Below are positions 38,810-51,806 of a stretch of 64,000 bases of DNA, piece by piece; the first letter of the stretch is position 1, and the number at the start of each line of letters is the position of its first letter. The DNA is taken from assembly GCA_011109175.1 (NCBI GenBank), contig RDEW01000076.1, positions 71,951-135,950 of the forward strand, in the 5' to 3' direction. Position numbers and translations under genes: made by a program. A model generated the notes under the pieces. That model was given only the letters and a program-made list of their open reading frames with translations, was not told where the DNA came from and ran no database searches. This DNA is from Dicyema japonicum. Its lineage: Eukaryota > Animalia > Dicyemida.

Positions 38810-40443
38810 ATTATTATTATCAGCACTGCCGAGAACACATAAAAAAACAAAAGTCAATTAAGGTTCCCTTGTGCCGCGCCGGCCACCCTTTGCACCAATC
38901 GCATCCAAAGGCCTCTCCGTTTCACAAGATCTATTAGTTCATCGAGGTCATCCATTGTTTTCAACTCCCTGCCTATGGCTTTTAGGTCCTCATTTAGCGT
39001 GATAGGTAAGGTTGTTCTAGGCCTTCCTCGAATGATTTTGTTTTTTCCATGAAATATTCATCTATTACGTGATTTGCCGGGACATCCAGGTCCATCCTCA
39101 GAATGTGACCGAACAGTCTTCATCTCGATCTTCTGATTTCCATGGATAATGGTTCTGTTTTGCTCAACTTATATAATTGTTCGTTTTTGATCTTCATTTT
39201 GTAGTGAATATTAAGTGCCTTCCGAAGCATACTGCGGTCGAAACTGTCAATAGACTCCATTGCCCGTTTAGACAAACCCCATGTCCCACAGTTATATATT
39301 AGGATGGGCACAACAAAGTATTTGTATATATTTTTCCACAAAGTCTTCTTCCCGAACTCCATATTTTAGATAGGCTTCTGAAAGCACCAGATGCAAGGAT
39401 TTTCCCAAAACCAACGAGTAGTCCCCAAAACCAACGACGCGGTATTCTTCATTGCAACTCCAACGTCATTCCACAAATCCTGTGCACTATTGTTTGTATT
39501 CATCTTGCTTAATTCCTTTCTGAGTTTTTCGCCATACTCTTTCATCTTTATTTCATTGCTTATTAGAGTTTCTGTCTCCAATCTTTCGAATTCCGTTTTT
39601 CCATATCTTCTAGGTTTGTACAAACTTCCCAAAGAGAACCGAGTGATCACCAATTTGTGATCACTTGATGTTTCAAGTTCATCGTATGATCTCGAGTTTC
39701 GTATTAGGTATTTGTTCCTTCTTCTGCACAAAATATAATCAATTTGATTATATATTTTAATCAAGTTGCCATTTTTGTCCTTTCGTGATCCAGTCCAGGT
39801 AGTTTTATGTCTTGCTGGGTGTTCAAAAGCAGTGTTCGTAATAAATAAGTTGTAGGATTCGCAGAATTGAACCAATGAGACACCAGAGGAATTTCGACGA
39901 TTCCGAGCATGTGATCCAATACAAGTCTCCCTGGCATTCCAGTCTCCACCAATAAACGTCAGATATGACGACGAAAGTGAGTCATATGTCCCTGTCAAAC
40001 ATGAGTAAAACGCACCAAGTTCTTCAGGATTGGCATCAGCCCGGACAGCGGTCGGAGCATAAACATTGATGATAGAAATAACAGAGTTGGGCTTTGTTCC
40101 AAACTTCAGTTGCATGACTGCAATACGATGCGAGACAGCCCATACGCGTGTCACACGGTCGTAAAGATCCCTGTGAACCGCAAATCCAAGACCATAATGT
40201 CGGCAGTCAGAGTCCAAAGTGATCATGTAGTAATCATCCAATTTCGTAATAGAATATGCTGTAATCTTTGTCTCTTGAATGCAGCAAATACTGACACCAT
40301 GGATAAATCACGTGCGAGTTGATGTTTTTTGGTGATGAATTCAAGCCTCGAGTGTTGAAAGTACCAAGAGAGAATGGGCAACGGGTAATTAAGCGCGAAG
40401 AAGACATATTTTCAAAGAGGGACGTCACCACCTCAACCAAAAC
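38810..40443 (-). mobile_element. RTE element with the RT core internally deleted, bounded by a TSD
   Basis: APE motifs (GTFNTRGL, INVYAPT, GGDWNAR, NQIDYIL, SDHKLV) join directly near 39415 to the post-RT region (GAFRSLSKIW...PILIYNCGTW, GHILRM, RGRPRTTL). (TAA)n tail; 12-bp TSD TATCTAGATATT at 38798-38809 and 40444-40455. Confidence 0.9.
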
Positions 40444-41120
40444 TATCTAGATATTAATTTTTTAAATCAAACTACGTGAATTTTCAATAGATTCTGGAGT
40501 CGAAAAATTAACCAAATCGTCAATTTGTTCTGGAATCGCACACTAATCACTCAAATTATCTAAGTCATAATGTTAAGTATAACCATGAATTATTAAATTT
40601 ATTCCCTTAATTCCTCGATATCTTTTGAAAGGACTTTCGTTAGAAAATGAATGGACCGATATGTTATAACCGTAGACAGCACTTTCTAATTTATCAAGCC
40701 ACTTTTTTTCACTGTTATCCAGCATTTTTGACAACTTCCTCGTGATCGTCTGATTAAATCTTTCGACAATTCCTTATGCTCGTGGATTGTTAGGCCTTCC
40801 GTGAATTTGCTTAATGTTAAAATCTTCGCAAAGTTTTGTTATTTCTTGATTTTTAAATTCAGAACCATTGTCCGACTGAGGAAATAAACATGGCCCATTC
40901 AGGGCGGAACAAAGATCTTAAATTTTCACATACTTCTTTACCAGACTTATTATAGAGTGGTCGTACGAAAGCGAATCTATAAATTAAAAAAAGCCAACCT
41001 ACTATAAATGTCAATGACCGTTAAATTCCATTTGAAATTTTCATTTAATGTTGAAAATTTCAGGTCTATTAGATCTACCTGAAAACGTTCATTTGGAGAA
41101 GAAGCAAACACATGGTGATT

Positions 41121-41567
41121 TCACACAAAAAAAAAGTTTTCAATTGAGTTCAAGTCAGGTGAATAAGGGGGTAAATAAAATGTTGTAACACTTTTCGTAA
41201 TAAAGAAATCTTTAATTTCATCACAATGATGAAATCTAATTGGGGAGTACCCATAATTAATTGATGTATGCAAATTAAACCCGGTTTCATCCAAAAATAA
41301 TAACGGCCTATTTCTAAACCCTAACATTCTTGATGAAAATACTCCCCTTTCTGCCAAATTTTCTGTACTCAATCTAACTTCGGCCCTTTTCTTGAGTCTT
41401 TTTAGGCTTACTGTCTTGTAAAGATCACCGAAAGTAGGATCCTCGAGTTCACAGCTTTCGATCTTTTGTATACACCTGTTCAAACTCTTTTTACTGATCG
41501 AAGTGATAAATAGACTTTCGTTCATAAAAACCTTGCGACTTCTCATATCTGTATTAGTTGATAACAA
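41121..41567 (-). mobile_element. IS630/Tc1-family (DDE_3) transposase fragment
   Basis: LLFLDETGFNLH...YGYSP and YLPPYSPDLNSIENFF. Confidence 0.85.
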
Positions 41568-41711
41568 ATCTAAAAAATTAAAATTTTAAAATATAGATTT
41601 ACTTGTGTATTATTTATATATATAACTTGGACATCATTTATGGGAATTGGGTCAACATTTATGGGAATTGAGTGTATATCTCCAATTATAAAAAATCACG
41701 AACTTTTAAAG

Positions 41712-42312
41712 GACGCGAAAATTTGCAGACTTCACAATTTCGAATGACTTTTCTGACATTCTTTACAGTGAAGTATCTTTGTCGGCATTCATACTAAATT
41801 TTATTTGACTCCTCCGTGTGAAAACTCGTGCAACGATTTCGCAACATGCTCTATTTCATTATCCAGGGATATGACTAACTTGGAATCAGTTGATTTAAGA
41901 TACAGTCTAAAATTATTGCAAATTTACAATACCTGTCATTGATAATGGAAAAATTCTCTATCTTCTTTACAAGCCTATATTTTCGGTGACTCGGAAGATT
42001 TTCGGGAAATTTATCATACAAAGCATCTATTAAAGTTTGATGTTCAACGCAATCTTTCACAAAACATTTGTAAGAAGCCATTGCAACAAAATAATCTTCC
42101 ATGCTATAAATCACGCTAGAAATCTAGGTTTACCGCTATAAAAAAATAAAATTTTTATAATCATAACATTTATGAATAAAAAACTAATTTAACAGGATTA
42201 AATTATGATATAAATCGGATATACAAAATTAAATGTCGGATAATCAAAAGACTTTTTCAAGGTCGAAAAAATGTAACAGGATGCCAATGCGTTACGCGCC
42301 GCCCATGTGACA
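41712..42312 (-). mobile_element. Ginger-like transposon, second copy (5' part), with a 26-nt intron
   Basis: The minus strand starts TGTCACA. It encodes KFPENLPSHRKYRLVKKIENFSIINDR, then a GT-AG intron (41907-41932), then LYLK...LHEFSHGG...RYF..KNVRKVIRNCEVC (HHCC zinc module). Confidence 0.65.
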
Positions 42313-42701
42313 TATTGGATTGCTGGATCTAGAGCACTCTATCTGTGAGAAGAGAGACAAGTTCGTCATAAGATTTTAAAAAAATCTTTACATTTCACAC
42401 CACTACGGCGCTCAAAGAAAACTGTAATAGCAAAGGAATTTGCCCATGGAAAGGGGACTGTGCAAAACTTCACTATCACCGGAAAGGATGGTAGTGAAAT
42501 TCGAGACGAACCTGGAAAGGTGGAAGAAAACAAAAATTATGTGAACTGAATTCAAAGAAAAACCTATATGACTCCATCGTAGAGCTCCTTTGTAAAAAGG
42601 TGGAACAGTCTAAAATGATGATCTTCATAAGTCCCCGATACATCACTAGATTAATTATCTCATGTCAAAGATTAAAGAGAAGATCACCCGATATAACTCT
42701 A

Positions 42702-43281
42702 TTACATGAAGAGGTTGTCGACTTGGTCTGTGAATGGGAATATTTCCTCCCCAATTTGATTATGGTCTGCTTTCTTCAAAATAGAAATATGTATTTTTGA
42801 GATGCTAACGCAAAATGGCCATACCATGTCCAAAAAGAACAGTTGATCATCTGGTAACCAGATGTAGACTCGATTATACCCGAAAACATAGAGGAATTGT
42901 AACACTTACAATATTTAACAAAAATATGAATAAAATCTGGTTAATTTTTTTAATTACGACAATTATTTAACGTAAAAATTAAGTGTTAACAACTACTGGC
43001 TGCTCTCATAATTGAGGACGCATTTCCTGACGATTTGCAAGGTAATGCGGTTAATGAGCCAGCTTCTTTTTCAGATAAAGTGAAAACTCCATAAGTACCG
43101 AGATATTTTGTGAACTATAAATACTCACTAGATCAAAATTGGATGGATTAGTACCCCCATTTTTGAAGACTACGTGGATATGCTCAAGTAAACTGTATTT
43201 GCGTATATCCAGGTTACTACCCTCAAGAAGACACTCAAAAATGTACATCGAGTATAAACACGGATTTTCTGAATCACTCAA
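42702..43281 (-). other. Unassigned coding-like segments, divergently oriented to the GPCR
   Basis: Two 67-76 aa ORFs (…LYVFGYNRVYIWLPDD…, …IFECLLEGSNLDIRK…) with no clear ATG or splice model; possibly a decayed receptor ectodomain. Confidence 0.2.
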
Positions 43282-43335
43282 AAAATAAAGGGTGGTAAAT
43301 TTTTATTGGGGGAAGAAGAGGGTCATTTTTAAATT

Positions 43336-43526
43336 AATTTATTGAACCAGAAAAACAGCGTCATAGTCAGAATAAAAAACTTCAGGTGATCTCAGTCTTT
43401 CTCATCACTCTTTGCATGCTCGGACTTGAAAGAAGTGATGTCCAGGGGAACTCCTCGGCTGTTGACTAATTATCCTTTTTGGATATAATTTTGGATTATA
43501 TCTGGCGCCATTAGAAATGGTTAACC
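43336..43526. repeat. Dispersed ~195-bp repeat (copy 2)
   Basis: Homologous to 29427-29622. Confidence 0.85.
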
Positions 43527-43834
43527 ACAAGACACACACTAACAATTCAAGCTCCCTGGAGCCAAAGGGGAAGTGGAGGAACAGAAACAACAAAAACAAA
43601 ATCTTCAATTCAAGTAGCCAGCACCACACTATCTTTGGCGCCACGTGGTATATGTGATATTCCACAAGGATAAATCTAAGGAAAAAATATTTATTTATTA
43701 TTAAACCCAGGCTTTTTATAATTGTTATTAAAATGACAAATATTTATTATTTTTATGAATTTATATTTATTAAATTGACAATTATCAATTATTTATGAAT
43801 TTATCTGAATAAATAACATTAGCATATTTGGGGG

Positions 43835-46316
43835 ATGTTGTTTCTGTTAGTGTCATTCGAATGTATTAACTGTTTAACAAGCTGTGTCATACCAAGATTT
43901 GGGGTAGAAAAGCACACGTTTGTGAAATATAACGGAAAAATTGCCATTCGCCTTGAATTCCCAATGAATACAGCAATTGATTCGAGCAACATTCATTTCA
44001 TTAGTGATTTTTTTGATTTGGTCTCAGAATATATTTTCGTGAAAGCAAGGATCCCCATCACGTTCGTGTACTACAACAGAAAGGATGATTTAAACAGTTC
44101 TCTTGTTTCACTGCTGGAAACGACGGAGTTGAAGTTTTACAAAATAAATTTGGACAAACAAATGTTTTTGACTAACAATGATTGTGACATGTCTCAGAGC
44201 TTTGTCAACGTGGTTTCCTTGACCTCCTCATACTGCTCAATTGACGAATTGACTGACTACTTCCCAAACTTCCTGAAACAGTCAAAGATAACATTTCATT
44301 CCAATTGCTTGTTTCACAGAGGCAGCAAAGCAAACCACGTGGATTCCTATGTTATACATTCAGCCTCTGCCATCGAACAGCAGATCGATGCAGTGGCTAA
44401 TTTCATGAAAGCAGTCGACGGGAATTTAATAGGAATCGCCTCAAACATGGAAAACTTCGAACTCGAAGACTTTATAATAATCAGAAACATCTTCTTGAAG
44501 TACTCAATTTGTATAGGGGTCTACGGGACCGTCTCAAATACGACTAGCATGGATAAATTTTATTCCAGAATGAAGCAAGAAAACACCAAATTACTCTTAT
44601 TTTATGGAGATTTTGAAAATCTTGAAATTAATGTTGATTTTATGCGGGAAAATAAGTATTTTGGGATTCAAGTGATTGTCCTGAACAACCATTATTTTGA
44701 GGAACCAATCCCTGAAAAGTTCCACGGAATAATTCAGGTCGCCGACGAGGGCCATTATTACGAACTTTTGACTTCCATTTTAGAAAACCCGAGATTTAAC
44801 AAGATCAAAAAAGTAATCGACCGTTTCACCGGTGCTTTTGGGAGGGACAATCCAATCGCCACCAAACACTTTGCATTTAATCTCATCAACAACCTCATTT
44901 TGATCGCTAACTCGATATACAAGCAAATAGAACAATTCTGCTATCAAATAGACTTGAGTTGATTTTTTAAATAATTTCAGACAATTTAAACGACATCACA
45001 GAATGCTTTCACTCGGAATCATTCCGGAATCAACTACGAAAGGTCAACCTCTACTCATTGATTCCCACCAAAGTCAGTAAAGATGGGACTATCCAGAGAG
45101 AACTGAATTTCTGGAAGATCAAGCGTCGAGTCCTCTTGATTGGCTCGTTTTCTGTGAATGAGAAAAAAATTTATTTCACTAATGAATATTTCTACTTGCA
45201 AAACGAATCGAACTTTTCGTGCAAGTCAAAATGTCAAAGAAACCAAATTACGTTTCGGGGAAGTACGAGTGCTGCACGAACTGCATGACCTGCCAGAGAA
45301 ACGAAATGGTGGACATTAACGGAAGATTGTGCAGAAAATGCCTTCCTGGGTTTTTTCAAGACCCTTCTGATCCGACAAGGTTGTCTGAGGCTCATTCCAG
45401 GTGTTATGAGGGCAACTACTTCCTGAACTACATCAATATTACCTTCGGAAAGATCGTCTTTGCTCTCATTTTGGTAAACTGTTTGCTGATTCTAACTTTT
45501 TTCGTTCTGTGCATCAAAAAAAGGAAAGTTGAGATTATTTCCAATGATTTTCTTACATTCTCCTCGCTGATTATATCAAACTCCATCTCCCTCGCAATCA
45601 ACCTTCTCTCCCTTGTCAGAATTAACCCCCTAAACTGCCGAGTTGGTTTGTTTGATATTTCAGATAATTTATTTTTTTGGATTTTTGTCCTTCGATATAA
45701 TGTACACCACTCTGTTCGTCAAGGCGTTCAAAATATACAGAAACAAAATCGGGATCAACCTCAACTCAAAGAACGAGAACAGGAAAGATCTTAAAAACAC
45801 ATTTCTGTTAATTTTGGGGATAAATCTGATCCAGGTACAGGGGGTGATCAACGTAAGGGTACTTTGACAGGACTCACAATTGTATTCGTCGACCTGAACA
45901 TCAGATTTGATCCGATCGATGATTTTTACATTCCAAACTGTATTTTCTCCCAAATTTACTTCATCAACGTGTTGTTTGCCATTCCGTTGATTTTCCCCAC
46001 AATAATTTTATCCGTTAAACGACGGAAAAGTAAATTCAACTACAATGAGATCAAGTCCATTCTTGTCCTGTCAATGGCTTCGATTTTAATTTGGATAATT
46101 TACACTATCATTTTATTTAGGTCTCAGTTTCGAACGGAACGATCCTTTTTAAACCACGTGTTTATTATTATGCATCAAATCATTTTTTTGAGTCTCATGT
46201 TTGTCCCCAAATTGTACGCAGCCTACTTTGTCGAGGAAACTAAACACAATGCTGTTTGGCTTTATCTTAAATAGAAATTTATTTTTTTTGTTTTTGAGAG
46301 TTTTGTCGTAGACTAA
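43835..46316 (+). CDS. Divergent class C GPCR (mGluR/CaSR-like: long ectodomain, nine-cysteine domain, 7TM); one frame break near 45260
   Basis: Signal-peptide-like start; cysteine pattern SCKSKC...ECCTNCMTC...LCRKC...SRC (nine Cys); TM3 YTTLFVKAFKIYR, KFNYNEIKSI (compare FNEAK.I) and MFVPKLY. Introns at 44958-44980, 45642-45663 and 45835-45857. The stop is at 46274, or at 46316 if a last 21-nt intron is spliced. Confidence 0.85.
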
Positions 46317-46399
46317 TATTCTATAGACAAATATTATCATCACGATTCCGTGTTCCCACGTGGCTACTTTATTGAAGGTTTCCATTCCTTCCTTATACT

Positions 46400-46645
46400 G
46401 GCGTCATCGGATTCACCTTACTCAGGAGACGCCCAATGTCTAAAAGGCATTCGAAAGGATCCATTAGGAAGGGTCCATCTCTTCACTCTACTGAGAGACT
46501 ATTTTGCTCTTTGGCGACTAGTTCTGGCTTTGTCCTCCCTGATAATGTCCTCTGTTTGGATCACTGTCACCGTATGAGGACTCTACTGGAACACATCAAG
46601 ATCATGGAATAAGTTAGTTTGGTTTTAATGTCGGTCTTTTGAATA
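46400..46645 (+). repeat. Family B LINE 3' end
   Basis: GGATCACTGT...CTGGAAC.C.TCAAGATCA.GGAAT..GTTAGTTTGGTT...GGTCTTTTGAAT, matching the 20584-20720 copy. Confidence 0.6.
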
Positions 46646-48884
46646 TTTTCATATCACCACGAGCATCTTTGTGACTGAATCCCTATGAATACTTCAAGTT
46701 CGTCAAGTGTCCATCGAGTTCAACTGATTCCGTAAAGCACTACAGTATTCGGTCGCATCTCTCGTGTCTTTCAAACAAAATTAAATTCTCCACTATTTTT
46801 TATGCCTGTAAGTCATGGATCACAAATTTCCTCTAAGGCTGAGTCTAACCTGTTTACACTAACATATGTCTCGTTTCCGCTAACTTTTCATCAATTCTGG
46901 GATCAGTTTTCTCCCCCTTACTTTTCAACCTTCACATGTCCACAACTCATGCAACATCTTGTTGCTGTCGCCAAAAATAGAGACATCCAAACAGCCTTAA
47001 ATAATATTCAGAATTACCTAACGTTCAAAGTCCTCTGATTGATGACTTCGAATTGGATGACTCCTTCACCTTTGAAGTCCTCAGTAACCTTATTCATCAC
47101 AAATCGAAAGAAGTTCAGATTTAGTTCCACTCTGTCCCTACATGGACACAATCTATTTCTGGATGGAAAAGAAGTTCGAGATCTCTTTGCTTGCCATGGA
47201 ACATCATGATCAAAGTGAAAGTGAAGAATTTCTGGGAGCGAATAGTTTCGGTGCCACGTTTCCTCACGGTCTCTTTTTCTATATGCTAGCGAATCTTTTA
47301 CGTTCGCCAACAAAGGAATTTTATATTAACTAAGGTCCGTTTGTACTACACGATTTAAGATCCTCTTCATCAGACGTCTCCAGCGGGCTCTGTCCAATTC
47401 ATGCGACTGTAGGTCTTCAAGGTCGTCTGTAAATTCGAGTTTCTTTCGATCATCTTAAGATCCTTGTTGAGGACCAGAGAGAGTGACCCTCTCTGCTTTC
47501 TACGTTGTACTGCCAGTTCTTCTGTTGAAGGGTTATTTCACTAAAATCCAAAATAATCACAAAATAATTTAAGACCGAAAATATTAATTTGATTTCGTTC
47601 AATAATAAATAATTTTTATATTATTTTTAAAATTTTAGATGCGAAGATGAAAAATGACATTTTTTAAAAGAAATACTATTGTTTGCCCTAATAATGACCT
47701 AAAGGGATTTTAAAACCTGGACAATTTGCAGTCATAAACAAATTTTTATTAAAGACACAAGGTGAACAAATGGTCAAACAGTGGCCTTGCAGACTATGAG
47801 ATCAGTGGCTAACGATTGGAAACAGTTGAAAAGAATGACATTTAATATGTGTCGTGGACTGCAGAAATAGATACTGGGTTTCCGTGAACCGATGCGCCTG
47901 TGGAAAAAAAGTTACACGTTACAGTCGTCAATTACTTTAAAACTTTGTCAAGTATGAACTCACCATAGTTTTGACAAATTCTAACTCATCTTTCTTTTAG
48001 AAATCAACATGTCGAAAAATCTCACAGATTAAATGTCTAGAAAATATCGTTAAAGCACAAAAATCACGAAATACCGTGCAATAAATATAATTTTCGACAT
48101 TTCATATTGAATTTATGAGGACTATGAAGCAAAGTATAGGAATTTGCCCCCTACTCGCCTGTAGGAAAGTTGTCCCTTAGTAGTGTCTACGTGGTTAAAA
48201 GAATTTTGTAATATTTTGGATTTAAAATTCATATTAATCAAATCAGAGAACGACACAAGAAAACTAATCAAAAATGTGTAACAAAATGATATTTTTAGTT
48301 TTGTTAAATCCAAAAAATACCCATTACACCCCGTTTACACAGTCAACAAAAATACTCCCAAACACATTCTTTCAATGAGATTTCTCCAAATTCCACTTCC
48401 ATGGATTCTCCAATCAACCATTTTTTGACTCCCATGTGCATGGTTTCCAACATTTTCTGTGAAATAGAGTTTGGTAGTTACACGAGGACTTACATTTTCT
48501 ACAACTCCCAGGTGTATTCCGACCTTCTTATACTTTCTCCACAATAGAAGATTTTTTTCTGAAGGACAGAAGTAAGTAAATTTTATCTATGTTAAGAACT
48601 ATTTTGAATCTGTGAAAACATGTAAATCAGAGACCAAAAATCCAAGTCCCACAATTTGTGGCCACTGCGCGTTTAAAAAACATTATAAAACCTCTCGGAA
48701 AAAATTCCGTTTGTTCTAATATACTCCAGGAGATTTTAGGTGGTGATCGATCACGTGATCGCACGATCAAATTTCCCCGTTCCATCTTTAATGCAAATTT
48801 CCCCGTTCCATCTTTACCGGTCAAGCATTCAAATCTCCACTGATAAATGAGTCAATGTATCCTTCAATGGGAGGTAGAGTGCGC

Positions 48885-49140
48885 TTAATGGGAGTAGGTA
48901 TCACCAATGGAGATGACTGAGTTCAGTTTCTCCTCGCATTTCAGTTGGATAACAAGTTCCGAGACCACCCATACAAGACTCACTTGGCTGTAAAGATGCC
49001 GATGGACTGCGAATCCAAGTCCATAGTCTCTTGAAGATAGCAAACATTGTTCGCATAACTTATAAGATCGTTCCATTATAACTTTTTGGCATTGGATTTG
49101 AGATCTCTGGTGTTGAGGGTTTCAAAGGAGAGTGGAAAAC
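48885..49140 (-). mobile_element. RTE APE 5' fragment
   Basis: YGLGFAVHRHLYSQV..VWVVS...QLK is nearly identical to the APE of 38810-40443. Confidence 0.75.
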
Positions 49141-49551
49141 GAGTAAGCATTATGAAAAAAAGACATTTTTTAGGGAGTTGAATATTATAAGCAATTACGC
49201 CGTCATAGAACGTGACAAGGCATGTGGAACACAGAAAATCAAACTAATAGATAACTTATATCTCTGACAACTCTACCATTACCCACAGCCTGTCGACGTC
49301 CCCTGTCCTTAAGATGTTTCCCGAATTCCTTGGGGTCTTCATCAAGGATGGTTAGTAGGGTTGTCCTCCATGGAAACGCGGAACTTCAAGAAAAAAGTAA
49401 TCCTCCAGGGCCATTTCCCAGGTCTAGATGAAATATGTCCCAGGATCTCGTAGGAAATCACTGTAGCCCTCGTTCTCTTATATTTGAATATCAAACCAAT
49501 ATTTATACAAAAGACCAGTGATAAAAGTAAAAATGAAAAATGTCAAAAATA

Positions 49552-51806
49552 TTATAATGCGTCATTAGCAGTAATAGCCGAAATTGAGGGATTAGCATAT
49601 ATTTTCTCCCCCATTTCCTCAAGTAAAGCTTCTCTATATTCATCAAATTCATAATCGAGTCCGACAATATTCTGATTCTCAATTAGTGAAAGCACACAAT
49701 TTGTGTCTCTACCAAGTCTCTCATCGTGAATCACTATAATGACTCCCCCTTCATAGTTATTTAAAGCCAATGAAAGGGCGTCGATTGATTCAATGTCCAG
49801 GTTATTGGTACGTCCAGGATCATCACATGAGGACGTCTACAAGACAGATCCGCCAATGCCACACGGGACTTTTGACCTCCTGAAAGGTCCCCTATAGGTA
49901 TCACGTGAGCATAAGAGACTAGTCCAAAACTTCCCAAGAGTTTCCTAGGATAGTCCATGTCATAATTTTTCTGAAGATATTCGGCGGCAGTGAGATCATA
50001 GGGAAGCTGATCCCCCGAATGTTGGTCGTACTTGCTTATTCTCTTCAATTTAATATATCAAGGTACCAAATGTCGATTCCATTGCACTTCTCCATCAATC
50101 TAAATGTCACCCACGTGTCTACCGGTTCCAATTCTCCACTCAATAGCTTCAGAAACGTCGTCTTTCCAACTCCATTAGGACCCACTATGGCAACTAGAAT
50201 TACTTCCACCACAAACCACGTGACGACATCTCAATCCCAAAATTCACGTTTTTGAACAAATATTTGTCTTTCACATACCCAAATTTCCCATCTTCTACTA
50301 TTTACCACCAAAAACCAAAAATTCCAAGAATTGGTGGGTCAATCATTGGTGGCGAGGGAAACGTGAACTTAACTTTGTACTCAATCGGCTTCTGGATGAG
50401 TTCCTTCTTATCTTCCTCCTCAACCACAAAAGCCTTCTTCCCCACCTTCTCCTTCTTCCTGCCCATCATCTTCTTCTGAACGTGTTCCTATGGTCAGATA
50501 AGCTATTACAGCTTCCTTTGTGGACTTGCCCGCTGCCTTCATCGTCTTTATCCTCTTCTCCTGCAGTTCGTATGACTTTAGCTGGTCCTGTCGTTTTTTT
50601 AACTCCATCCGCTTGAAGTTGGCTGGAATTAAAGGGACCGTACTGTAGTTAGTCCTGTAATAGATCAACTTCTTTTGGTAGAGATGAATAATGTCTGTAC
50701 AAACATTGTCAAGGAAACTCTGATCGTGAGATACTATTAACAACGTCTTCTTCCAGTTTATGAGATAACTAAAATGAGAGGACCTCAAACTTGTCCAGCC
50801 AGATCACTGCGTTCAAGTCAAGATGGTTAGTGGGCTCGTCCAACAACAGAAGAGTTGGCTCCATGAACAGGGCTCTGCAATTACTGATAGACTACCTTGC
50901 AAGGGATATCCTCATTCTCCATCCACCAGAAAAGTTCTTCGTTGACCTCGTGGTCATCTCCTTCGTAAATCCAAGTCCTGAAAGGATCCTCAATGCCTTG
51001 GCTTCTGCTGAAAATGCCCCACGTGCATTCAACTCCTCGTGGATCTGAACTCACTATGATCAATACGGAAGCCATCTCCAAGTGAGCGTCTCGTTGTCCG
51101 AATCATCCTCCAACTCCTTCAACCTCTTGTTAAGCTGGGTCACTTCCTTATCGGCATTTAACACAAACTCCAGACAGCCAATGTCTCCAACCTGTACTTC
51201 TATGAATATTCATGTGGTATGACCTTGTTCACAGTAGATAACATCCATGCCCTCAGGGATCTTTAGCTTCCTCTCAACCACGTGTCTCAAAAGTGTGGTC
51301 TTTCCATGCCTTTTATATACCAAAGATATTACCCATTAGGACCAACAAGACCATATTTCCGTCCTCCAGATATCAGCAAAGAGGCATTATGGAACAAACA
51401 CTTCCACGTGCATCGATAGAGAAGTTTTCAATGTGAATATCATTGGACATCGCCGGGACATTCCCTGCCTTCCTAGACGTGCTCTGACTCACAGTAAAGT
51501 TTACGAGGACTTCATCTTCCTCATTCACTTTGGTGTTAGATATCTCAGCCAGTTGTTTTTCATATAACTTCTGTCTTTCTAACTTCTTTTGCTCTTTCCT
51601 GCTAATAGAAGGCTGAGATACTATAGTCTCGTTGTTTTGATTTTTTTGGTTATCAGAGGAATTTTGTTCATTTAAGTTTATTTTATTAAACTCAGACTTT
51701 CCAATAGATGAATCTGACTCATTTAACTCGACATCTGGTGATTTTTTGCTTGTTTTTTCTGTCTCGTTGTTTGCAACTTTGTATTTGGCTTTCTTTTTGT
51801 TCCCAT
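49552..51806 (-). CDS. ABCF1: ABC-F family ATPase ABCF1/ABC50; as assembled it has at least three frame breaks, including in Walker B of NBD2
   Basis: Lysine/acid-rich N-terminus, [67 protein letters not shown], second [15 protein letters not shown] and [10 protein letters not shown]. Introns of 21-24 nt. Confidence 0.9.
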
